Made by a program: the position numbers and the translations under genes. The notes below the pieces were generated by a model that saw only the letters and a program-made list of their open reading frames with translations, ran no database searches and had not been told where the DNA came from. Below are positions 30,087 through 37,930 of a stretch of 64,000 nt of DNA, one piece after another (the stretch's first letter is position 1; each line of letters opens with the position of its first letter). This DNA comes from a virus. The stretch is from positions 1 through 64,000 of the IMG/VR virus record IMGVR_UViG_3300047472_000102; one strand, given 5' to 3'.

Positions 30087-30158
30087 CATAATCCGGTCTA
30101 TTCCTCCCAAGGCTCCCGGATTGTGCTAGGGGTAGGTTTAATACCTACCCCACTTTTT
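30087..30158 (+). ncRNA. Candidate sRNA with anti-Shine-Dalgarno loop
   Basis: Promoter TTTACA-N17-TATGAG (30054-30082); 10-bp stem with loop TCTATTCCTCCCAAGGCTC; terminator GGGGTAGG..CCTACCCC plus T-run. Confidence 0.6.
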
Positions 30159-30173
30159 CTATTAGAGGTTATA

Positions 30174-30368
30174 ATGTCCCAAGATGTACTTCTAAATGCA
30201 TGGGATAATCTGGAACCAATAGAAAGAGATTCCCTCAAGAAACTCTCTCCATTTAACCTCTCTGTTTATTTCAAGAATACAAATAAAGAGATCAATCTCT
30301 TTTCTCTTGACCAAATCATACCTGCTGTGGTTGATTTCATTCATTCGAATTATGGGAAGATTGGCTGA
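30174..30368 (+). CDS. Hypothetical protein
   Basis: ATG preceded by GAGG; 64 aa; its end overlaps the tRNA-like element. Confidence 0.5.
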   Translation: MSQDVLLNAWDNLEPIERDSLKKLSPFNLSVYFKNTNKEINLFSLDQIIPAVVDFIHSNYGKIG

Positions 30369-30459
30369 CGTGGTAAGGCCAAAGGTTCATACCCTTTGAG
30401 TACTAATGCTTCTGGGATGCGGTATTAGTCTATTGTTCGTTCAACTCGAACTCTTCTCT
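30354..30459 (+). tRNA. Atypical tRNA-like RNA, anticodon CAU, ~37-nt variable region, no encoded CCA
   Basis: Acceptor GGGAAGA/TCTTCTC; D arm GGCT..TGGTA..GGCC; AAAGG-TTCATAC-CCTTT; T arm GTTCG-TTCAACT-CGAAC. Confidence 0.65.
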
Positions 30460-30520
30460 TGTTGAGTCCCCTTGGTTGTTGTCGCGGGCCAAGGGGATTC
30501 CAACCCTCTCAAAAGTTACT

Positions 30521-30883
30521 ATGCAAAAATATAAAAACAGAGCACTACAAATTAGTGCAAATAATAACTGGCCATCAGAAGGTTTGTTTACACCAAAACG
30601 TGGTGACATTCTTGCCAAGGTAAGACGCCATCTGATACTAGCCATCAGTGAAGAATATCCTCATTTATCTACTACCCAACTTGGCAAGATATTTGAAAGA
30701 GATCATTCTTCCATCGTGGTTCAAAGACAACGTGCATTGAAGGAACGTGCAGATGGTGACCTACCGCATACGATACACGAAATTCAAACTGCACTACGAA
30801 GCAACAGCAGACTCGTTCTCCGAGTTGATAAAAAAGTTCGAAAAAGATACGAACCACGAAGAGAAAAGCATTACCTCGATTGA
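30521..30883 (+). CDS. DnaA C-terminal (domain IV)-like HTH DNA-binding protein
   Basis: R...AKVRRHLILAISE...LSTTQLGKIFERDHSSIV matches the Bac_DnaA_C signature SL..IG..F.RDHTTV. Confidence 0.75.
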   Translation: MQKYKNRALQISANNNWPSEGLFTPKRGDILAKVRRHLILAISEEYPHLSTTQLGKIFERDHSSIVVQRQRALKERADGDLPHTIHEIQTALRSNSRLVLRVDKKVRKRYEPRREKHYLD

Positions 30884-30941
30884 GGTTCTTTAATTATTAT
30901 CAATAATGATAATAATGCATGGTAAAAAGGAACTATAGAAA

Positions 30942-31217
30942 ATGAAAAACCTTACTGATATTGCTACAGGTATTGGCGAAGTTAATACCTATACCAAGAC
31001 CACCGCCAAGGGGGTACTGGAGCAAGCTCTGACAGTCATCTCTGCTCATCTGGCAGATGGTGAAGAGGTCAATCTTCCTGGATTTGGCAAGTTCGCTACC
31101 AGTCGTCGTGAAGCCCGTATGGGTCGCAATCCAAAGACTGGTGAGGCTACCGAGATTCCTGCTACCAACGTAGTCAAGTTCAAGCCTGCCAAGGCTCTGA
31201 AGGACTCCGTCAAGTAA
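30942..31217 (+). CDS. HU-family DNA-binding protein
   Basis: GEEVNLPGFGKF...REARMGRNPKTGE...VKFKPAKALKDSV. Confidence 0.95.
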   Translation: MKNLTDIATGIGEVNTYTKTTAKGVLEQALTVISAHLADGEEVNLPGFGKFATSRREARMGRNPKTGEATEIPATNVVKFKPAKALKDSVK

Positions 31218-31287
31218 CACAGAGGTTGCTCTCGCTTACCTCCTTTCTCCACTCTGGTCCCGTAGTGGGTGTAAAACGGGACATTCA

Positions 31288-31363
31288 GCTTCCTTAGTTC
31301 AGTGGATAGAACGTTGGATTTCTACTCCAAATGTCAGAGGTTCGAATCCTCTAGGAAGCTCCA
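31288..31363 (+). tRNA. tRNA-Arg(UCU)
   Basis: Cloverleaf; TTGGA-TTTCTAC-TCCAA; GGTTCGAATCC; CCA end. Confidence 0.93.
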
Positions 31364-31558
31364 AAGGATTCAAAATGGCAGGCAAAGAAATCTATCGTAA
31401 GTATCGTCAAGGATACACATTATTCATAGTAATAATTAACTTCATTAGAGGTCGCAATCGTACTGAAGAAAAATTCCAGTATGAAGACATGGAATTTACC
31501 ATGAAAAAAGACCCTAATATTAATGGTATTATTACTATTAATTATAAGGAAATTTAAG

Positions 31559-31780
31559 ATGTCACTAAGCCATAAAGAAATAGGTCTTTACAGTAAATTC
31601 TACATTGAACGTGTGGATGGCAGAGACCAACCGGGTGGAGATAGAGAGAATGCAATCTACTATGTCCTCGATCTGGTCCATGACGAGTTCGCTAAAGTAG
31701 CCATGGCAGCATATGCAGAAGCCTGCATTGCAAAGTACCCTCTCTTGGCTCAAGACATTCAGAAGTTGATCAATGAATGA
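31559..31780 (+). CDS. Small phage hypothetical protein
   Basis: AAGGA RBS; GLYSKFYIERVDGRDQPGG...YYVLDLVHDEFA...YPLLAQD. Confidence 0.65.
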   Translation: MSLSHKEIGLYSKFYIERVDGRDQPGGDRENAIYYVLDLVHDEFAKVAMAAYAEACIAKYPLLAQDIQKLINE

Positions 31781-31936
31781 GACGCAGAAGAACATCATTA
31801 TCTCTATTTTTAATAGCTATAATATGGATCGTTCTAAGCTAGAAAAAGTACTCATTATCATTGCAGTAAAACTCCAACAAAACAGGGTCACAGATACCCT
31901 CCACGATATGGCTCATGAAGCCTGTCTACATGTCGA

Positions 31937-32161
31937 GTGGGAATTATGAAAATCTACAAACACAAGATTAGAGGCGGATATTACATCCGCCTTTTTCATG
32001 CTCGGCTTCAGATAAATTGTTCATATGACATGGCTCATTGCGTAGTCTATATGTCCCTGAAGAAACCCTTCCTCTGGGTACGTCCAGCATCTGATTTCTA
32101 TGATGGACGATTCAAAAGAATCACATTATGGGGAGTAATAAATGATCGTTATAAAGGTTGA
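31937..32161 (+). CDS. DUF1653-like small protein
   Basis: YKHK.GG.Y...VVY.....WVRP...F.DGRF pattern. Confidence 0.55.
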   Translation: MGIMKIYKHKIRGGYYIRLFHARLQINCSYDMAHCVVYMSLKKPFLWVRPASDFYDGRFKRITLWGVINDRYKG

Positions 32162-32390
32162 ACTCCATTCAGCAGTTACAGGTCGAATTACTCAATTGGG
32201 TAAGATGATAATTGCAAACGATGGCAAGTCGTATGACCCCAACATTGGTTCCTATGATGGTGTTGTCCTACGCAAACCTGACTTCAAAATAGTCACCAGA
32301 ATGGGACGAATTGAATCTCATAAAAAACATGCTGAAACCATTTGGCACTTGATAGGAAAAATGCTTTCAAATATGGGTTATATAAAATAA
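32142..32390 (+). CDS. Hypothetical protein
   Basis: GGGAG RBS; 82 aa. Confidence 0.6.
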   Translation: MIVIKVELHSAVTGRITQLGKMIIANDGKSYDPNIGSYDGVVLRKPDFKIVTRMGRIESHKKHAETIWHLIGKMLSNMGYIK

Positions 32391-32393
32391 CTC

Positions 32394-32477
32394 GTGGGCT
32401 TGGTGAAACGGTAGACACAAGAGACTTAAAATCTCTCGCTTAAATGCATACCGGTTCAAGTCCGGTAGCCCACACCA
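32394..32477 (+). tRNA. tRNA-Leu(UAA)
   Basis: Type II cloverleaf; AGAGA-CTTAAAA-TCTCT; GGTTCAAGTCC; CCA end. Confidence 0.93.
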
Positions 32478-32478
32478 C

Positions 32479-32546
32479 TTCCCTGAAAAGACTGCCCTTT
32501 CTAGAGGGGTTGAGATACGGAGACACTCCAGTCGCAGTAAGGGAAT
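32479..32546 (+). ncRNA. Small multi-stem RNA domain after tRNA-Leu
   Basis: TTCCCT/AGGGAA, GACTG/CAGTC and inner hairpins; shares two motifs with the 29.5-30 kb domains. Confidence 0.5.
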
Positions 32547-32547
32547 A

Positions 32548-32623
32548 GGGATAGCTAGTAACTCAGTCTGGTAGAGTAGCTTCGCGAGCGTGTCGTTGGT
32601 TCAAATCCAACCTAGTGACTCCC
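32548..32623 (+). ncRNA. tRNA-like RNA with truncated anticodon arm
   Basis: Intact D arm ACTC-AGTCTGGTA-GAGT and T arm GTTGG-TTCAAAT-CCAAC; anticodon arm only GCT-TCGCG-AGC; bulged acceptor, no CCA. Confidence 0.6.
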
Positions 32624-32746
32624 TATTAATTCAAGTTGCCTCTCCATTAAACCATGGTCAAAGTGGGGTGGCATTTCCGAAGAGGGTTGCCCTTTGAACG
32701 TCGGGTAACTTAAATGATGAAGCTCAAATTCACGCCTCTTTCGTGG

Positions 32747-32821
32747 TCCCTCTTCGTTCAGTGGTAGGACGCCAGATTTTGAGTCTGGATGTGGGTGGTT
32801 CGAGTCCATCAGAGGGAACCA
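32747..32821 (+). tRNA. tRNA-Gln(UUG)
   Basis: TCCCTCT/AGAGGGA acceptor; CCAGA-TTTTGAG-TCTGG; CCA end. Confidence 0.92.
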
Positions 32822-32838
32822 TTATAAAGGATAATATA

Positions 32839-33027
32839 ATGATCACTGATCATGACTTATCACTACTAATCGCAGATGAAGGTAGATGGGAAGAATTCCA
32901 TCAAAAGAATGGTAATTTTTTTATGTATGATTACCATAAACGTATTCGTCTAAACCTAGAAAAAATGTACCGAGATCGTCAGAATCCTAAACCCAAATTT
33001 GATGATGGGTTTACTCCTGATAATTAG
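32839..33027 (+). CDS. Hypothetical protein
   Basis: AAGGA RBS before MITDHDL; 62 aa. Confidence 0.5.
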   Translation: MITDHDLSLLIADEGRWEEFHQKNGNFFMYDYHKRIRLNLEKMYRDRQNPKPKFDDGFTPDN

Positions 33028-33281
33028 TATCACTAATCCCATAGTGGAAAATACTCATATAATTTTTTGGAGTGAACTTTATGTTTAAAATCGTATGGTT
33101 CAAACTCAAACAATCATTTGGTTTCATTCCATATTATCATCCCTGTGATAATTGCTTTTGTTTAATGAAGTCCAATGGATTTGGACTTTGTGAAGAATGC
33201 TTAAATAAATATTAATAGTAATAATTATTATGAATAATCGCAGTACGTTAAAATTCATATAAATGTGCACCCCCAGTGTAC

Positions 33282-33350
33282 ACCCGGTACACCCTCCTTA
33301 CACCAACTATCCCCCCCCCTATGTGTACCGGGTATCCGTCGCTCCGCTCC
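33282..33350 (+). promoter_or_regulatory. Probable genome-end region and vRNAP early promoter core
   Basis: 11-bp inverted repeat around a C9 run; GCTCCGC at 33341-33347 (core of N4 hairpin promoters) just upstream of the first early gene. Confidence 0.45.
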
Positions 33351-33381
33351 TTATAGTGTCAACTCATTAGGAGTAATAATC

Positions 33382-33720
33382 ATGAGCAACATCACACAGA
33401 CCTTTGGTAAGCTACTCAACACTGTCAGCACTGTAGCTGACGCAGCTACCAAGATCGTAGATACATCCACATCTGGTGTGGATATGCTGGATACGTTCGT
33501 ACGTAGCCAGAAGCAGAAGCAGGATGCTCGTACAGCAGTAGATATGTCTACGTTCTACGAAGATCTTCAGAATGAAGCAGCATTGGAAAATGCATACAAA
33601 GCAGATGCTCTTGAAAAAGCACTTGCAAGTGATCCAACACTGAAAAAGCATTTCGAAAATCAACACAAAAACCTGAACGATATCATCAATACCGTTCGAA
33701 CCAAGTATCAACCTGAATAA
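33382..33720 (+). CDS. First early gene (N4 gp1-like)
   Basis: GGAGTAATAATC-ATG; helical 112-aa protein at the start of the early strand. Confidence 0.6.
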   Translation: MSNITQTFGKLLNTVSTVADAATKIVDTSTSGVDMLDTFVRSQKQKQDARTAVDMSTFYEDLQNEAALENAYKADALEKALASDPTLKKHFENQHKNLNDIINTVRTKYQPE

Positions 33721-33728
33721 CAAAAAAC

Positions 33729-33754
33729 GTAGCTCACTGTAAAAGGTGAGCTAC
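33729..33754 (+). terminator. Hairpin after the gp1-like gene
   Basis: GTAGCTCAC-N8-GTGAGCTAC. Confidence 0.55.
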
Positions 33755-33790
33755 TAAAAATTATGTCTGATAGTAAGTAGGATAATTACT

Positions 33791-35940
33791 ATGATAGAGA
33801 AAGACACACACAGCCTCACAGACGAGCGAGAGACCTATTGGTATATCGCAGGTCATCCAATTGACAGAAAGCGCTCAGCGAGACGCTGGATGGGAAAGCT
33901 CTATGGTCACGATCTCTGCAATGATCCAGTCATGAAGATATCGGTCCATGGAAGCAAAAACACACTGGTTCAATTTGAAGATAATGATGGATGGAAATCC
34001 ATGATCTTCACTTATTAGTGGGAGTAATAAACTATGTCTATAAAAAGAACACTAAGACCTGACATCAGGAGACACGATCTCCTTGGTGAAGACTACGGTC
34101 GAACCAAGAGACAGAATCGTAGATATCTTGGTCAGGCAATTGGTCCAATCCTATACCGGAAGATCAAGAACTATCGGACCTATGATGGTCTGATAACTGT
34201 CCATGAAAAACATATCAGCGGTAAAGAATATTACGAGCTGTATTACTAGGAGTAATCATCAGATGTATATCTACTATCATCTCTTCGAGAAAGAAGACGC
34301 AGAGTACTACAACATGCCTCAAAGCGTCATACAAGAAGGCACTGGAGATCCAATGCCATGGAACAGACCAAGCGATTGCTTGTGGATGGTTCCTGGTACA
34401 GTTGATCCAAACGACGATTAACAGGAGTAATCACATGGCAAGACGTAAGGAAGAGCATGACTACAACTTCGATCATCCAGACATGGATGAATTCGATGCG
34501 CATCATGTTGTGCATGGTGATCTATGGACAAAAGAGGATGATCAAGCTTATCGAGAATATATGAATAATAAGACTAATAAGTCTCATTTTCTCGGTAGAG
34601 AATTCATCTCAAACTAGAGGGTTAAATGAAATACCTCATACTTCCATTACTGGCAATAACCATGGTGGCTTGTGTATCTTACAAGCCACTTACTGTAGCT
34701 AATGCATCAATCAAACAATTGAGTGATGCTATTCAACAGGAGAACCAATGAAAAACCATACAATCAACGTCCAAGATTTCGATGATTGGGAAAGCATATC
34801 ACTTGCCAGTTCGTCATCTGCCAAGGGAACCAAGAGGCTAAGTCTACTGGTCCATCCACATAGTCAGGCTGTTCACTACAAGGTAAATACTAAGATTTAC
34901 CACAGCCTTGGCTCAGCAATAGAGGCATACAATGCAATACAACTATAACTCCAAGATTCTTGTCGAATACGACAAGGATCGCAAAGAGGTAATAACCTCA
35001 GTAATCGAATATCATTCAACCATTGATGTACCGAAGCTTGCTCGGTATTTCAGACAGAAAACAATAGGGATGTGAACCAATGGAGAAACCATTATTATGG
35101 GCTCTAATATTCATAGCAGTCCTTGCAGGATCGGTCTTGTTCAACCAGGATCAAAAGGTAGCAATGGACATCTGCCAACATACCCATTCGTATGGGGTGT
35201 GTCAGGATCAAATGAGGTGAACATCATGTTCCTGTTAGCCATCATAGCCATTGTGCTATTTGCTCTCTGCACCAGTACCAATATTGATGCGGAAGCAAAT
35301 CTCATTAACACTATTAATCGGTTCTTTCGAACCATGAAGGTAACTGCATTTGTCCTTATGGGTGCAATGGCAGGTCTCATTATGTGGGTTATCTGGATGG
35401 TTCTATGGATCGTCCAGATACCACTAGCCATGATCGGAATGGGTGCAGCCATTGGCTATGCAGCCACACGCAAAACCAAAAAGTAAACAACCTCTTTTTG
35501 TGAATAGAATATCCACACTGGAAAGGTGAACAGCTATGAAATTCAGGGTGCATTTTGAGAATAACGAGGGTGAACGCAAGGTCGAAGTAGTCGATGCAGA
35601 ACACCCAGAAAAAGCAGCCAACATCATTCGTAAGAAGCATGAAGGCTCATTCGTCATCAAAACCAAGATTGACCGTGAGGCAGCTTAAATGTCCAAGCTC
35701 AAAGGCATTTCACAACGTGAACTGGCTGAGATCGAAGATGAACATGAATATCTGACTAGCATCGATAAAATCTCCAAGCAGGATTTGGAGGAACAACAAC
35801 GTATTACTGATGAAGCAGATTACCAGCAATATCTTAAGGAAGTTGAATGGGAGATTGCTGAAGAAAATAGACGTATCCAAGACAACTATGAACATTCATG
35901 GGATGGCATGGATGATGATCCCTCATGGGATTGGGACTAA
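33791..35940 (+). other. Run of small early hypothetical ORFs (e.g. 33791-34018, 34034-34249, 34263-34421, 34435-34617, 34748-34948, 35226-35486 membrane, 35689-35940 acidic)
   Basis: Tightly packed, several preceded by a repeated GGAGTAAT RBS; no recognisable domains. Confidence 0.6.
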
Positions 35941-35941
35941 A

Positions 35942-36005
35942 GCATCACTGATGAGACTTGATTAGTTGAAATAATAGCTTCAGAAATGGAGCTATTATCT
36001 GATGC
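35942..36005 (+). ncRNA. Hammerhead ribozyme (type I)
   Basis: GCATCA-CTGATGA-[GACT TGATT AGTT]-GAAA-[TAATAGCTTC AGAAAT GGAGCTATTA]-TC-TGATGC; complete core, AUC cleavage after 35999. Confidence 0.85.
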
Positions 36006-36050
36006 AATGTGTAGCATCTTTATATTAACCCCATTAATAGGAGATTTATA

Positions 36051-36455
36051 ATGGGCCTTCTCGATAACCTCGCAGCAGAACGTAACCGTACTGCTAACAC
36101 TTCCAGCACCACTCGTCGTACCAATACCGATACTCGTGAGCAGGCCAAGGTCTGGCTCAATGTAGGCTTTGAAGTTGACGGCAAGTTCGTCAACCTGCCT
36201 TTGGGTCTGGCTATCGATACCATGGAGCCTGTACAGGTCCGTGGTCAGAACCAGGAATGGCTGGAACTCCAGACTGCACGTAATGAATTGCTTCAGGCAA
36301 TTCAGGAAGCAGGTGCTGAACTCGAACCCGGTCAGGAGCGTGAGCTTCCTCTCGTGGTTCGTATTCGTCATGTCAATGACGCTGTACAGATCGATGCCAA
36401 GAGCAATCCGCTCAGCATGGCAAAGGCTGGCATCAGCTTCAAGAAGGAAGCTTAG
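36051..36455 (+). CDS. ssDNA-binding RNAP II coactivator (N4 gp2 / Drc-like)
   Basis: AKVWLNVG...FVNLPLGLAIDTME...ARNELL...LEPGQ family pattern. Confidence 0.8.
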   Translation: MGLLDNLAAERNRTANTSSTTRRTNTDTREQAKVWLNVGFEVDGKFVNLPLGLAIDTMEPVQVRGQNQEWLELQTARNELLQAIQEAGAELEPGQERELPLVVRIRHVNDAVQIDAKSNPLSMAKAGISFKKEA

Positions 36456-36466
36456 TATCAATAATC

Positions 36467-36494
36467 GAGGAGAGCCAAAAGCTCTCCTCTTTTA
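36467..36494 (+). terminator. Rho-independent terminator
   Basis: GAGGAGAGC-CAAAA-GCTCTCCTC-TTTT. Confidence 0.75.
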
Positions 36495-36629
36495 AATTGA
36501 AATACGATAGTAAATATGGATGACTGATTCAGTCCACATTTATTATCCTATTAATCCTCGACTATAATCTAACACACCCAAAACAGGTCATTTTCAATGA
36601 GTGACACCTGTAACCTATCGAGGTCTAAA

Positions 36630-37058
36630 ATGATCGACTTATTTAGAGGAGAATATGCATTCCTAAGCAACTTCTATCCATGCATTATTGAGATTAATGG
36701 ATATAAGTTTAAAAGCTCAGAAGCAGCTTATCAGGCTGCTAAATCAGAAGACCCAATAGATTGGGCTAGATTTCAGCATTACGATGCATCCACATCCAAG
36801 AAGCAAGGAAGAGAGCTAAAGCTCCGTCCTGACTGGGAAGAGATCAAGCTAGACGTTATGCGTCAGATTCTTGCAGTCAAATTCATAGACAATCGAGAGC
36901 TACTCATGGCACTCCTAGCCACACGTCCACATGAACTCGTAGAGGGTAATTGGTGGGGTGATAGGTTCTGGGGTGTCTGTAGTGGTCAAGGACAGAACCA
37001 ATTAGGCAAGCTCCTCATGGAATTGAGAGAGCGTTTACAAGGAGACCTACCATGGTAA
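36630..37058 (+). CDS. NADAR (YbiA-like) family protein
   Basis: FLSNFYP, SSEAAYQAAK, RPDWE.IKLDVM, LVEGNWWGDRFWG, GQNQLGKLLMELR. Confidence 0.92.
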   Translation: MIDLFRGEYAFLSNFYPCIIEINGYKFKSSEAAYQAAKSEDPIDWARFQHYDASTSKKQGRELKLRPDWEEIKLDVMRQILAVKFIDNRELLMALLATRPHELVEGNWWGDRFWGVCSGQGQNQLGKLLMELRERLQGDLPW

Positions 37059-37393
37059 ATCGAATCAAAGAAATTCTCATTGGTGCACGTAATCTGATTG
37101 CTAATGCACCTGATATTGCTCGGTGTTCATTTGAAGATAAGGGGTGTTTCTGTACCCATGGTGCAATCATTAAAACGATGCACCCAAATGTGCAGATGTT
37201 CGATAGGAACCAAGACCTCACTACATTGAATTATGGTGACAAAATGAATGATGAATCCGATGAAGCCCTTAAGGCTATTATGGCAGTAATCGGTGTAGTC
37301 GAAGTTGAAGATGTCTACGATGCTAACTATAGTGCCACCAAGGAAGATGTGCTCGCTTGGTTCAATACTGCTATCGCGAACCAAGGGGAATAA
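37052..37393 (+). CDS. Hypothetical protein (DUF6197-like)
   Basis: GCFCTHGAI and C-terminal TKEDVLAWFNTAI. Confidence 0.5.
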   Translation: MVNRIKEILIGARNLIANAPDIARCSFEDKGCFCTHGAIIKTMHPNVQMFDRNQDLTTLNYGDKMNDESDEALKAIMAVIGVVEVEDVYDANYSATKEDVLAWFNTAIANQGE

Positions 37394-37396
37394 GCC

Positions 37397-37597
37397 ATGC
37401 CTCATTGGGTATTTTACAGCTGCATCTTCTTCTATAGCTTATGGACGCTATGGGCATTAGTATCAATAATACAAGTTATCATTCATTTGGATGATAAGTT
37501 TCCCATGCGACATACAGAAGAAGCAAAAATAGCTTTTCTTCTTTGGCTCGCTTCGCTCGTATTTATCATAAATTACATCATCACAGGTGGATCATGA
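37397..37597 (+). CDS. Small two-TM membrane protein
   Basis: Two hydrophobic helices; GGGG RBS. Confidence 0.55.
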   Translation: MPHWVFYSCIFFYSLWTLWALVSIIQVIIHLDDKFPMRHTEEAKIAFLLWLASLVFIINYIITGGS

Positions 37598-37911
37598 TCA
37601 GATATGCAATCAAGCATATACCTACTGGTTATTACATTCCTGAACCAGAAGGCAGAGCAGGACGTGGTGGCTCACACACAGAGCCTCATCCCAATTCAAA
37701 TGATGCACGTCTCTTCAAAACGGAACGCTCTGCAAAGCTATTCCTTGGCTCTTGGCTCAAAGGCAAATACGTAGCTGATAGAGGTTATTCAGCGGGGCAT
37801 CCTGGTAATGATTGGGAACAAGATTACTGGGAAGAAATACATATAGTTCCTCAACCTAATCGTAAGCGTGAGGATATGGAAATCATCAAGCTGGAAATCC
37901 TATTACCATAA
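37594..37911 (+). CDS. Hypothetical protein
   Basis: ATGA overlap with the previous ORF; 105 aa. Confidence 0.6.
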   Translation: MIRYAIKHIPTGYYIPEPEGRAGRGGSHTEPHPNSNDARLFKTERSAKLFLGSWLKGKYVADRGYSAGHPGNDWEQDYWEEIHIVPQPNRKREDMEIIKLEILLP

Positions 37912-37930
37912 ATAATCAAGGAAATTAAGA

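Noticed and set aside
29584-32491. CTGAAAAG and CTGATAAG as further hammerhead cores
   Set aside because: They lack G8 of CUGANGA and a correctly placed GAAA and stem III. Other CTGATGA hits lie in coding sequence, where I noticed no flanking stems.
28800-33300. CRISPR array or tmRNA in the non-coding region
   Set aside because: No regularly spaced direct repeats, and no tmRNA acceptor ends or tag reading frame recognised.
33370-34435. Repeated GGAGTAAT motif as a repeat element
   Set aside because: Each copy sits just upstream of a start codon and is explained as a ribosome-binding site.
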